Source: Nitrospirales bacterium
GTDB lineage: Bacteria > Nitrospirota > Nitrospiria > Nitrospirales > UBA8639
Direction of reading: 5' to 3'
Assembly (NCBI GenBank): GCA_965223295.1
Contig: CBDCWC010000002.1
Coordinates: 1,344,001 to 1,408,000, forward strand
DNA length: 64,000 bases
The position numbers and the translations under genes were made by a program. Of this stretch, positions 30,062 through 39,976 are shown one piece after another. Position 1 is the first letter of the stretch. Every line of letters starts with the position of its first letter. Under the pieces are notes generated by a model. The model saw only the letters and a program-made list of their open reading frames with translations. It was not told the origin of the DNA and did not search any database.

Positions 30062-31039
30062 ATGAATGTTCGCACCGCCGTGGTCGTTCCATATTTCCAG
30101 AAGAAGAAGGGAGTACTAAGAAAATGCATTACTGCAGCGATCAATCAAAAAAATATTGATGACTATGAAATTATTGTCGTTGATGACGTTTCCCCTGTGG
30201 CACCGGAGTCTGAGCTACAAGACCTTCTTACGGAACATCCCGGAAAAATTCGTATCATTAAGCAAGCGAAAAACATGAAGCAGGGGCAAGCAAGAAACAG
30301 AGCACTAGACGAGTTGCGAGCCGAGACAGAATATGTGGCTTTTCTCGATTCTGACGATGAATGGACTGACGATCATTTGAGCCACGCTATCTTCGCGTTA
30401 GACAAAGGTTATGACTTTTATTTTTCTGACCACTATCAATTGCATCAGGACATATCAGCCTTCGAACGCTCAAAACGGATTAATGTAAACGACCATCCGC
30501 TCATTGGAGAAACCACGTGGCTCAGAGAATTTAAAAAAGATATGTTTACCCAAATTATCGTGGGAAACATCTTAGGGCAGTCAACAATCGTCTATCGAGT
30601 CAAAAAGTTTCCTGACCTGCGTTATCCTATAGAATTTACGATTACCGGAGAGGAATATTTATTTTGGCTTGACCTGGCGCGAGGGACTGACAAAATAGCG
30701 TTTTCCACGAAGTGTGAATGCCGTTATGGCGAAGGACTCAATGTCTATTCGGCCACCCTATGGGGGCATGAACGAGCTATTGAGAAGATCTATGATGATA
30801 TGCGTTATCGCAAGAAAATTATGGAACGCTACGAGCTCAATGCCGTACAGCACAAAGAACTTGAGCAGCGAATTAGCGGGCTGAGAAAATCCTTTGTCAG
30901 AGAAGTCCTCCACCGCCTTTCACATCGGATGCCTATCAAAAAACAGGAACTCATCAATTTCATAAAAATGGACCCCCCAGCACTGATGGCATTTATTCCT
31001 GGCACTTTTTCTGCTGTATTATCAATGATCAAACGCTAA
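30062..31039 (+). CDS. GT2 glycosyltransferase
   Basis: VVVPYFQ, IIVVDDVSP, ARNRALD, VAFLDSDDEW. Confidence 0.9.
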   Translation: MNVRTAVVVPYFQKKKGVLRKCITAAINQKNIDDYEIIVVDDVSPVAPESELQDLLTEHPGKIRIIKQAKNMKQGQARNRALDELRAETEYVAFLDSDDEWTDDHLSHAIFALDKGYDFYFSDHYQLHQDISAFERSKRINVNDHPLIGETTWLREFKKDMFTQIIVGNILGQSTIVYRVKKFPDLRYPIEFTITGEEYLFWLDLARGTDKIAFSTKCECRYGEGLNVYSATLWGHERAIEKIYDDMRYRKKIMERYELNAVQHKELEQRISGLRKSFVREVLHRLSHRMPIKKQELINFIKMDPPALMAFIPGTFSAVLSMIKR

Positions 31040-31321
31040 ATTGGGAAACGGCTAAACGGGCTGTCGCGTACAATGACGACTCCGGCTCAACTTGAGGACG
31101 TTAAAGACCGAAATTTATCTTACAATCTGTCGCCAATTATGAGCCTTATCGATATATTCCTGAAACTCTCTTAAGGTCTATAGTCGGTTGTACCAACATC
31201 TATGTTAGGTATGATAATGTTTGGGTGTTCCTTAGATTATCCAGAAATATTGCTAAGGCAGGATTTATGAGAACGCTCACTTGTTGAGTATCATGCAGAC
31301 AAGAAAAGAAAGGGGATGTTC

Positions 31322-32278
31322 ATGCGAATACTGATTACTGGCGGAGCCGGTTTTCTCGGAAGCCATATATCGGACCTTCTTATTCAGCAGGGCCACGAAG
31401 TTATTGGCATGGATAACTTTATTACAGGCCGACCAGAAAATATCGCCCATCTGATTGGACGAGATCACTATACATTTATCAAATACAACGTCTGCGATTA
31501 CCTACATGTCGACGGCACATTAGATGCCGTCATGCACTTTGCTTCTCCAGCTAGCCCACAGGATTACCTTGAACTTCCAATTGCCACGATGAAAGTTGGT
31601 GCATTGGGGACCCATAAGGCTCTTGGCCTCGCCAAAGCCAAAGGAGCCAGATTTCTCTTAGCAAGTACCTCTGAGGTCTATGGCGATCCACTCGTTAACC
31701 CACAACCAGAAACCTATTGGGGAAACGTGAATCCTATTAGCCCAAGAGGCGTCTATGATGAGGCGAAACGGTTTGGGGAAGCACTCACGACTGCGTACCA
31801 TACATTTCATGGACTGGACACTCGAATTGTGCGAATTTTTAATACCTTTGGACCTCGGATGCGGCCAAAAGATGGTCGGGTTGTTTCGAACTTTATCGTC
31901 CAGGCCTTACAGAAAAAAGCCTTAAGTGTGTACGGCGATGGATCCCAAACCAGAAGCTTTTGTTATGCAGATGATCTTGTTCGAGGGATTGTTGCCTTGC
32001 TATTAGCTTCAAAGGACAGCACAGAAAATGGGCGAACCATTCATTACCCTGTAAATATTGGTAATCCTCGAGAACTGACAGTCCTTGAAATTGCGAAGAT
32101 GGTGTTAAGTCAAACTGGTTCAACCAGCACGATTGAACATCACCCCTTACCGACAGACGACCCTAAAGTACGTCGACCTGATATTCAGCGAGCAAAGAGC
32201 CTCTTGAACTGGGAGCCACAAATTTCACTCGAAGAGGGATTATCAAAGACCATTCAATACTTTAAAAGTATCTTGTAA
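31322..32278 (+). CDS. uxs: UDP-glucuronate decarboxylase (UDP-xylose synthase)
   Basis: [69 protein letters not shown] before ATG 31322. Confidence 0.92.
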   Translation: MRILITGGAGFLGSHISDLLIQQGHEVIGMDNFITGRPENIAHLIGRDHYTFIKYNVCDYLHVDGTLDAVMHFASPASPQDYLELPIATMKVGALGTHKALGLAKAKGARFLLASTSEVYGDPLVNPQPETYWGNVNPISPRGVYDEAKRFGEALTTAYHTFHGLDTRIVRIFNTFGPRMRPKDGRVVSNFIVQALQKKALSVYGDGSQTRSFCYADDLVRGIVALLLASKDSTENGRTIHYPVNIGNPRELTVLEIAKMVLSQTGSTSTIEHHPLPTDDPKVRRPDIQRAKSLLNWEPQISLEEGLSKTIQYFKSIL

Positions 32279-32334
32279 CTCTCGCATTGAGGGGGGCACT
32301 GCAACATTGACAAAGGTCCATGATAATCTCTAAA

Positions 32335-32475
32335 GGGCACCTCTAAAAACTGAAGATTTTTTCTGCAGGCAAGGAAGCGGCGCGCGGAAAACCGGAGTGT
32401 ATGGGCCGATACATGAGGATTTGAGTACGCGGCTGACGCCGCCATCGGGGAAAAGGACAGTTTCTAGAGGTGCCC
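32335..32475. mobile_element. 141-bp MITE with terminal inverted repeats and TAAA target-site duplication
   Basis: GGGCACCTCTAAAAACTG ... CAGTTTCTAGAGGTGCCC (17/18 inverted match); TAAA at 32331-32334 and 32476-32479. Confidence 0.85.
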
Positions 32476-32527
32476 TAAAGTCACTCTCCGTTTACTGGGC
32501 ATTCCTATATGAATTGGGGACGGACTT

Positions 32528-35002
32528 CTAGGCGGGGGCATTCCTAGATGGCAGCTGATCTAAGTATTGATCTTCGCTCATTTCAATTTTACGCTTCAAC
32601 CATGAAAGCGCAATGTAGGCAGGGAGATAGAGACTTAATCCGATAAAAAGTGTAATAGTAAAACCCCAAAAAACCGAAAGGACGACACTGGCCAAACCAC
32701 CAATTAATGTAAAGAGACCATTCATTCCCCAGGCCCACGCAATAAAGCCACGAGGTAACTTTTCGATGGTCAATATGCCAAGAGGAAAGGGCATCCCAAG
32801 GAAAAATCCAAGAGGAAAAATTAGCACTACACTAATGAACACACGAGCTACTATCGAATAGGAAAGAAAAATTTCAAAAAGAATTGGGGAACACAGGACC
32901 AATACGGTTCCGGCAACTCCAATTCCAATAAAAGGCCACCTCCATCTTCCCGCTGTCGCCATACCAAACTTATCTGTACAGTAACTCCCAACCCCCGCCC
33001 CCACAAGCAGCGTGAAGATCACCGTCGAATACGTATACAGAGGGAACCCTATCAGCTTCATAAACACCTGGATAGCCACAAGTTCTAAGATGATAAACCC
33101 TGCACCGAGACAGGAAAAATACGTCAGAAAGCTAACTTTTTGTGCAAGGCCAACAGTTCCTAATTTAGAAAAATACAAGGGGACAGCAATAAATAATACG
33201 ATAAAAAAGGTGGATGCTGCCCCAGTGACTAAAAGATGGACAATATCCATTGGAACATGCTTCTTCATGGCTCCATTGAGGTAGTCTGCAACGGACACAT
33301 TGACAAAAAGTTGGGGGTTAGGCTGCAGTGGCTTCAGGGTTTTTCGAATAAGATTAAAATAGGGGTGGTCATCAGTTGTCGGTCGGATTTGATAAGGCAT
33401 TCCTTGTTGTAACTTCAGAGGAAAGTCCCCCGAATAAAAATCAGAGCTGAGAAAACTCTTTGAAAAATCAAGTGGATTCTCTACTATTCGATCATCAGAT
33501 CGCACGGCATTTCTCAGATCCTGAACTTGTTTCACTTCTTCACGTGTCCAAGGCTGCATCTTAAACAACACCGTCGGCAGATGGTCAGGCTTCATATCCT
33601 CAAAAACTAATACATGCCGCCGAAAGTCCTCTCTCCCTATCTGTTGCCAAGCTAACGCTGCAGTGGCTACCATTCTCGGGTAGATATGGTGGTTGATATG
33701 CAACACACCATTTTCCGTCAAATGCCCAAAATATTCTTGATATGCATCCGCCGTTTGCAAGTAGGTTGGATTCATAGCTCCAGACCCTGCGGCAAGACTT
33801 GCAGTCGTATGATTACTAAAAATTTCAATAATATCGTACTTCTTAGCACTCGATCTCAAAAAGCTTCTGCCCTCTCCGACATGCGCCGTCACTCGTGGAT
33901 CATTGAAAATATTTCCAATAAAATCTGCATAGTTATTCTTTCCCAACTCAACCACTGTGCCCACCATTTCAACGGTATCCACAGCACTCGGATTGAACAG
34001 TAAAGCAGACTTGGTTTCCTGACCAGCCGCACTTCCAATGATTAACACACGCTGCTGAGAGTCTCGTTTCAAATAATGAGAAGCCATGATCCCCCATTTC
34101 CACATGTGTGTAGTAACTTTTTCCTCTCCACTTAGAAGACGAGCTCTCAACTTTTTGAAATTGCCATCAAAGGCGTAGAAATGACTACTCTGGGACCCGC
34201 CATCATAGGCAACATGTTTCATATGGGGAGCAACTCTATGTTGTCCTGTTTGAACTTTATATAGGGCGGGAACTACATCAATCTTAGATACTGGGTCCCA
34301 TCGAGAAAATTCATGATGCCCCAGTAATTTGGCTGTTTTCACACCTCTCTTATCCACATGTTCTTTAAACTCCAATAAGTCAGGTGAGATAAAGAGTGGA
34401 AGACCTATGAATAACACGCCTAAGAACCAAGTGATCATTCGAAGCCCTATTTTCTGGCTAAATAACCCTGCCGCAAAGAACATCAATGCGGCTGCTAGGA
34501 GCACTAATCCTCCCGCTCCAATATATGGAAAGAAAGGAATCATGGCTAAGCTACCCACCCCAGCCCCAGTAAGGTCCCAAAAATACAAACGCTGAATAGA
34601 GCTTGCATACACTGAAAACACAGTTGAAAAAATTAACCCCGTTAGAAAGAATGGGATAATGAGTACGGCATACATCCCGAGAAACGAACCACTTTGAATA
34701 AATGGAGAAGCAGCGATTTCTTCATAGTTGAAAGGCAATAAATTCATACCCGGTACAATGAAGAGAATAGCGATACCACAACCCACGGCGACAATAAATA
34801 AAAATCTCGAAACGTTTTCACGGTCTGAAAAGGGCTTAACTGCCCCATAAACACCTGCAAGACCAAAGGCAAACATCGCACAGGTAATGACCATATACCC
34901 TAAATTCGAAGAAAGGATGACATCAAATACCCTGATCAACACGACTTCTAACATCAATGTCGCGGCTGCAATCAGAAATAGTCCTATCGAAATCGGCAAC
35001 AT
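32528..35002 (-). CDS. Polytopic membrane protein with central spermidine-synthase-like SAM-binding domain
   Basis: About 6-7 N-terminal TMs, VLIIGSAAGQE, DTVEM, GEGRSFL, YDII, PTTDDHPYF, about 7 C-terminal TMs with GMPFPLG and AWAWGMNG. Confidence 0.8.
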   Translation of the reverse strand: MLPISIGLFLIAAATLMLEVVLIRVFDVILSSNLGYMVITCAMFAFGLAGVYGAVKPFSDRENVSRFLFIVAVGCGIAILFIVPGMNLLPFNYEEIAASPFIQSGSFLGMYAVLIIPFFLTGLIFSTVFSVYASSIQRLYFWDLTGAGVGSLAMIPFFPYIGAGGLVLLAAALMFFAAGLFSQKIGLRMITWFLGVLFIGLPLFISPDLLEFKEHVDKRGVKTAKLLGHHEFSRWDPVSKIDVVPALYKVQTGQHRVAPHMKHVAYDGGSQSSHFYAFDGNFKKLRARLLSGEEKVTTHMWKWGIMASHYLKRDSQQRVLIIGSAAGQETKSALLFNPSAVDTVEMVGTVVELGKNNYADFIGNIFNDPRVTAHVGEGRSFLRSSAKKYDIIEIFSNHTTASLAAGSGAMNPTYLQTADAYQEYFGHLTENGVLHINHHIYPRMVATAALAWQQIGREDFRRHVLVFEDMKPDHLPTVLFKMQPWTREEVKQVQDLRNAVRSDDRIVENPLDFSKSFLSSDFYSGDFPLKLQQGMPYQIRPTTDDHPYFNLIRKTLKPLQPNPQLFVNVSVADYLNGAMKKHVPMDIVHLLVTGAASTFFIVLFIAVPLYFSKLGTVGLAQKVSFLTYFSCLGAGFIILELVAIQVFMKLIGFPLYTYSTVIFTLLVGAGVGSYCTDKFGMATAGRWRWPFIGIGVAGTVLVLCSPILFEIFLSYSIVARVFISVVLIFPLGFFLGMPFPLGILTIEKLPRGFIAWAWGMNGLFTLIGGLASVVLSVFWGFTITLFIGLSLYLPAYIALSWLKRKIEMSEDQYLDQLPSRNAPA

Positions 35003-35662
35003 CCTGGATTGTCCTTGAAAGATTGCGAGTACGAAATGCTATCTTGAGCAGACTGCTAAGTAAAAAAATTGGTCAAGTCTTTGCAACGGAAACATCACAG
35101 TTTGTCAGAACTCGTTAGCAACAACACACACTTCATCATGATCATTTCGAATACATCTCTTGCGGCTAAGGGGCGATGCCTTGAGAAACGTTCCCACCAA
35201 AATCCTTTGCATAAGTTACTTATATTGACCAGCATTATGTAAATTTGCTGGCGCTCAACCTCTTATTCCCCATCAACATTCACCTAGGAAAGAACCACCC
35301 AAGAAAACTAACCTGGCGACGGGAAAACACACTTCACTGCATTGTCTTATCGACCTTCCAAAACCATTTCTTAAAACCCTAGTCGGACTCTCACCCAAAA
35401 GGAAGTACCTCAGACCGGCCAAGACGTGGAAAGGAGCTCTTGCAAAATGTCGTCGTTGCACGATTGCTGCCTCTCCACCACGTTGCATACCGGGTTACAT
35501 ATCATGAGCCGCATCTCGTCACGTTCATCAGCCCGTGGCTTGCTTCACTCCAACACTGAATTTTCCCAAACGGCGACCTAGCTCTATTTTTTCTGATCGT
35601 CGGCCTCTAGAACCTATGCATGACAATTAAGAGGTCAGGTGATTGCACTTGGAACATAAACA

Positions 35663-37216
35663 TCATTGTACTATCCCTCTGTCCACCATTTGTTCTCTGA
35701 CATTTCCATTTCGCACCACTTCTGCAACTCTCCACTGCTTTTCCTGACTTTTCATGATATAGCCATTATCTGGAGCCTTAGTCGCCAAAATATCATCTAT
35801 TTCGCTTAAGTACACAAAAATATATCGAAACAAGTTGACATTCGTTTGTATGTCTTGCTCATAGCGAGCAACACCATCTGGCCACCGAATAGCCAGATGA
35901 ACTCCCAACTGATCTAATGCAACGAGATTATCCGGAATCCCCTCTAACACTTTATTGTCACCCCACACATATGCTCCCAAACCCCAGGCCCCATGATCGG
36001 CATTAAGGATGATCAACGCATTGGGGTCCTGAGTTAAGATTCGTTGTACGATTTGAGAAAGCGTCTCATTTGTCGCCTCTAATTTCTCATCAAAGTGTTC
36101 CCTGAAATTTTCTAATTTTTCTATTGTTTGTTGATCTTGAAAGCTATGATTAGGGGATGCAATATGTACATACAGAAAATGTGGAGATTCCCTAGACGAA
36201 ATGGTTTCTATATGTCGCAAAATATTTTCTTCGAACTTGGCCAAAGATCGATCTAAACCAAACTGGAACAACGATTTGACTTTTTCAGGAATAAGGATGT
36301 CTAGAAACTCTCCCCAAAAAACACTGGGCTCACACAGATCAACGAAACACCCTCTCATAAATACATATTCTCTTTGATGTACATAATGCACTTGATAGCC
36401 ATTTTTTTTAAAAATCTTCACGACGGGATTGTGTTTTCCCGTAATCAGTTCTCTTGAATTTAATAACTCAAAATTCCCTACGCTCCCGAGGTATAAATGA
36501 TGCTTCATGCTAAACAGAGCCGACATCGAAGACAACGTATTCATGTAGTTACTAAATGCTGAATGGTAGAGAGTAAAACCGAAGGCTTCCAATTTCTTAT
36601 AAAATTCAGTGTTATCTATATCATAGATAGTCTCTAGGGCTTCTTGATTGGGATACGCATCCGGCACAATCAGGTACACATTAGGCTTCTGAGAAAACGA
36701 GACGTGATCATAAATATTCTGTTGCGATAGATCCTCACGTCCACCGACTAATGTGTTCGTCTCTGTCGTGACAATAGAGAAAAAGGCATGCCCGATGCTG
36801 ACCACACAGAGTGTCATTAAAATACTATTGACCCGATATATGGTGATACTTGGAATAAACCATGCCAGAAGACCCGCAATCATAACGGCAAGAACCAGGA
36901 AAACAAACAAGTGGTAATCAAGCATATCCAAAAAAGTTTGCCTTAAGAGGTATGCCAGCACCAGAATCGCAAGAAAGGCAAAAAGCCTGTCTATGATTCT
37001 CTCTGAGTTTCTAGGGACCAGCATTCTGGCTATCCAAGATAGCCCCATATAATAAATGCTCAAACCGACACCTGTGATGAGAGCAAATACCCCAACAAGC
37101 ACCAAGCTCTGGTAGGGCTTAAACATAAACCAGTTATTGCTGAGATAAAATAGGATCGGATAGAGCCCAACTAAAACACCAAGCGTGTAAGGATTCGCTA
37201 ACAGGTTCTTCCACAT
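35663..37216 (-). CDS. Membrane-anchored sulfatase/alkaline-phosphatase-fold protein
   Basis: 5 N-terminal TMs, KPNVYLIVPDAY, SNYMNTLSSM, FLYVHIASPNH, IILNADHG. Confidence 0.75.
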   Translation of the reverse strand: MWKNLLANPYTLGVLVGLYPILFYLSNNWFMFKPYQSLVLVGVFALITGVGLSIYYMGLSWIARMLVPRNSERIIDRLFAFLAILVLAYLLRQTFLDMLDYHLFVFLVLAVMIAGLLAWFIPSITIYRVNSILMTLCVVSIGHAFFSIVTTETNTLVGGREDLSQQNIYDHVSFSQKPNVYLIVPDAYPNQEALETIYDIDNTEFYKKLEAFGFTLYHSAFSNYMNTLSSMSALFSMKHHLYLGSVGNFELLNSRELITGKHNPVVKIFKKNGYQVHYVHQREYVFMRGCFVDLCEPSVFWGEFLDILIPEKVKSLFQFGLDRSLAKFEENILRHIETISSRESPHFLYVHIASPNHSFQDQQTIEKLENFREHFDEKLEATNETLSQIVQRILTQDPNALIILNADHGAWGLGAYVWGDNKVLEGIPDNLVALDQLGVHLAIRWPDGVARYEQDIQTNVNLFRYIFVYLSEIDDILATKAPDNGYIMKSQEKQWRVAEVVRNGNVREQMVDRGIVQ

Positions 37217-37453
37217 TTTTATAGTTCCTTGATCTGCAAGGCTAGAAGGATTACAAGAAACACAACATACGTCGTACCTTCAGACAAGGTAGGGGAGCCC
37301 GCTAGAAACTCAAGCAACATTCTCTTTTGAACGAGACTCAATAGAACGTTTTCATGTCACAACCAGCTCTGCTCACTCTCTCACTCACAACATTTTTGGG
37401 CATGGATTTGTAAAAAAGAACTCACGAGGGCTTAACACTACCTGTTATCTCCC

Positions 37454-38833
37454 TCAGGACTTTCGCTTCATCAAGTAAATTACACGATCAGCTCCTGTTA
37501 TATCTTGCTGCTCCTTAATCGAATACCATCTTCCAAATACAGCCTCAAAATCTTCCTGGTTATAGTAACTAAATAAATCCTGTGCATCTTGTTTGCGAGC
37601 CAACAACGCTGAAGCCCACGAATCTGATGGCTTTACGAATTCAATCACAAGATAAGGAGCAATTCTTGCAAAAAATCTTGCAATAAATTCAAAGGGATAG
37701 TTATTAGTTATGGAGAGATGGTGAATGAGAGCGAGTGCGAAGATACAATCCACTCCCATGCTCATTAGACGTCTCTCTAGACTGTGTTGTCCGCCATGCA
37801 ACCCTAAGTCAGGAGTAGGATTGGTCACATCAAAAAACAGAGGGAAGACATTTTTTTCTTTATTCTTGGCCCCAAAACGATAGTTTTGATCAACCGCTTG
37901 AAGATCAATATCAGTTGATAATACACAGCCACAAGTATCTGCAGCCAACCGTGAAAACTTCCCATCATTACTCCCCACGTCCCATACCACATCAGGGCGA
38001 ATGGCATTCAAGTACTCTCGAATAATCTGCTGTTTCCCTTTCAGTGATTCTGGAGAATAGTTTAGCGTCTTCTCATAATAGTCACCCCATTCTGTGGCAT
38101 GCGCATATTCTAATTTTTCCAAATTTCGTTGCAAGCTCTGCAACATTGCTTGCAACCGCGACAGAGCCATTCGTGCTTGTTGCCCTTTTGATCCTGACTT
38201 CTGATCATTCTGGACTACATACCGTGCATGCAAATGAAGGTGCAGTTTAACGAAGAGACTCCAATGAGTTTTTCTAGGCAACATCCGACTTGCCAAGTCT
38301 AACGGTATCCCATCCAAGAAATTGTTCAACAGATGGCTACATCGCAAGTCAACATACTTCATTAATAGTAAAGGTGCGACAAAATGACGACAAAACTGGC
38401 CATACGCTTTCCACGGCAGGTTGTCTGGATATGGTTCAAACGACAAGGTATCAATGAAAATAGGGCGATGCCCGATAAACTGAATATTCGTGCCTTGGGC
38501 GTCTTTCAAACTCATCCCATACTCCAACGCTAGACATTGAATCTTGAGCGTCAAGACCGCTGCAGCCTTTAATTGCGAAAAACTCCACTCATAGGGATAG
38601 GTTATCAGCGGCAACTGTTGAGGTTTGATGACAAGATATTCGGCGTTTCGATCAATTTCTTCATGTGAGACTAAATAGTGGTTTTCCACAAGCTTCTGAT
38701 ATAAACCTGAGCTTAAAAGTTTCTGGAAAGACTCAAAATACGTGAGATTTATGCGCCGATAGACTATCCCATCTTTACGGAACATATATCCGCTGGGATC
38801 CCTATATGAGGAATCTAGTTGATACTCTTGCAT
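37454..38833 (-). CDS. NoeA-like SAM-dependent methyltransferase
   Basis: SYRDPSG, TYPYEWSFSQLK, FIDTLSFE, WKAYGQFCRHF, TEWGDYY, WDVGSNDGKFS, LALIHHL. Confidence 0.85.
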   Translation of the reverse strand: MQEYQLDSSYRDPSGYMFRKDGIVYRRINLTYFESFQKLLSSGLYQKLVENHYLVSHEEIDRNAEYLVIKPQQLPLITYPYEWSFSQLKAAAVLTLKIQCLALEYGMSLKDAQGTNIQFIGHRPIFIDTLSFEPYPDNLPWKAYGQFCRHFVAPLLLMKYVDLRCSHLLNNFLDGIPLDLASRMLPRKTHWSLFVKLHLHLHARYVVQNDQKSGSKGQQARMALSRLQAMLQSLQRNLEKLEYAHATEWGDYYEKTLNYSPESLKGKQQIIREYLNAIRPDVVWDVGSNDGKFSRLAADTCGCVLSTDIDLQAVDQNYRFGAKNKEKNVFPLFFDVTNPTPDLGLHGGQHSLERRLMSMGVDCIFALALIHHLSITNNYPFEFIARFFARIAPYLVIEFVKPSDSWASALLARKQDAQDLFSYYNQEDFEAVFGRWYSIKEQQDITGADRVIYLMKRKS

Positions 38834-38882
38834 AGGCTCTCAATTCCCCTATCGCAATCGACATTTTTTAAGAGAACGTAAT

Positions 38883-39278
38883 TCAAGAAGAAGCTGAGCC
38901 TTTTGAAGAATGGGTCTCTTCAAGGACCTCGGCTCGTAAGGTGCGATGAGGCTTGTTTTGGGGCGCTAGATCGTGGGCTTCTTGTGTGGTGGAAGGAGTC
39001 TTTTCAAGAACTTGGCTTTTTACCGTACTACGAGGGGAAGTTTGGGATTGCACAGCATCGTCGTCTTCTTCATGTGATGGTTCCTCAGCTTTCGTAAAAC
39101 CTAAGAAGTTCAAAATACGAGACCAAAAGCTCCTAAAAAAAAGATAGGCACCAGCCGCCGCCCCGATTAACATTTGAATCACCATGCTACCCGTAGCGGG
39201 ATCAATGTAGGCATACACGTCAGTTGCCAATAAACAAAACACCCCTGTCAATTGCAAAATAGTTATGACTTTCATCAT
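38883..39278 (-). CDS. Small membrane protein with YIDPATGS motif
   Basis: AAAGGAGG RBS; signal-like segment ending VYA, then YIDPATGSMVIQMLIG TM and a low-complexity tail. Confidence 0.75.
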   Translation of the reverse strand: MMKVITILQLTGVFCLLATDVYAYIDPATGSMVIQMLIGAAAGAYLFFRSFWSRILNFLGFTKAEEPSHEEDDDAVQSQTSPRSTVKSQVLEKTPSTTQEAHDLAPQNKPHRTLRAEVLEETHSSKGSASS

Positions 39279-39346
39279 TCCACCTCCTTTATGGGTCCTC
39301 ACCCAATAGCGCGCGATATCCAAGAGTGGTGTTTATGTCTCCGAAA

Positions 39347-39505
39347 GAGAATGTCGAAAAAATCCGCTAGCGGCGTGCTCACCATTGCTCCGGACCTTCA
39401 AGCTCACAAGCTTGACCCTCTTCGGGCCATGAGCGCTCACGTGATGCCAAGACGCTCTGCGCGCAACAGGGGCCACGGCCAAACTGGACGTTTTTGACCA
39501 TTCCC
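39347..39505. mobile_element. Diverged MITE-like repeat related to the element at 56775-56965
   Basis: TGTCGAAAAAATCCGCTAGCGGCGTGCTC resembles the reverse complement of 56933-56961 (TGTTGAAAAAAGCCGTCAGCGGCGTTCTC); imperfect inverted ends GAGAATGTCGAAAAA / TTTTTGACCATTCCC; no clear TSD. Confidence 0.55.
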
Positions 39506-39976
39506 ATCGCAGTAACGTCACCATGACCATGACTCTGAAGGCCTTTTCGTCACTTGAAATTGAATGATTCAACAACCTCCTACATGCGCCTAGTATGGCA
39601 AGCTGAAGTGAACACCACAACATATGAACAAATTAAATCACGAATGAAGAGACCTCACGTGACGAAGGGTAACAGAAACAGATCCAGAATATCGAGGAAT
39701 GAATACTTCTCGGACAATCAGGTTCGTAACGAAGCCCACACGCTCTTTCTGCAAACCCTCAAGACTGACGCCATCTAGCTTTTATATGATGAGTTGTAGC
39801 TTAAAAATTACAAGGATTGTAGACTGGCAGTGACCCATTAACCATGAAGCCCGTGCCAGCTAAGAATGTGCTCTCAGTTCGAAGCAAGACCAACTACAAT
39901 CTCACCGATGAGTGGGGCCCTCAAATTAAGGAACAAGACTGTAACAACAGTCAGAGTAACTGCCAGAACATGAACA

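Noticed and set aside
35273-35488. 71-aa ORF or possible IS remnant in the 35.0-35.66 kb gap
   Set aside because: No transposase motif or paired inverted repeats found.
39333-39623. 96-aa ORF
   Set aside because: Overlaps the MITE-like repeat; no protein features.
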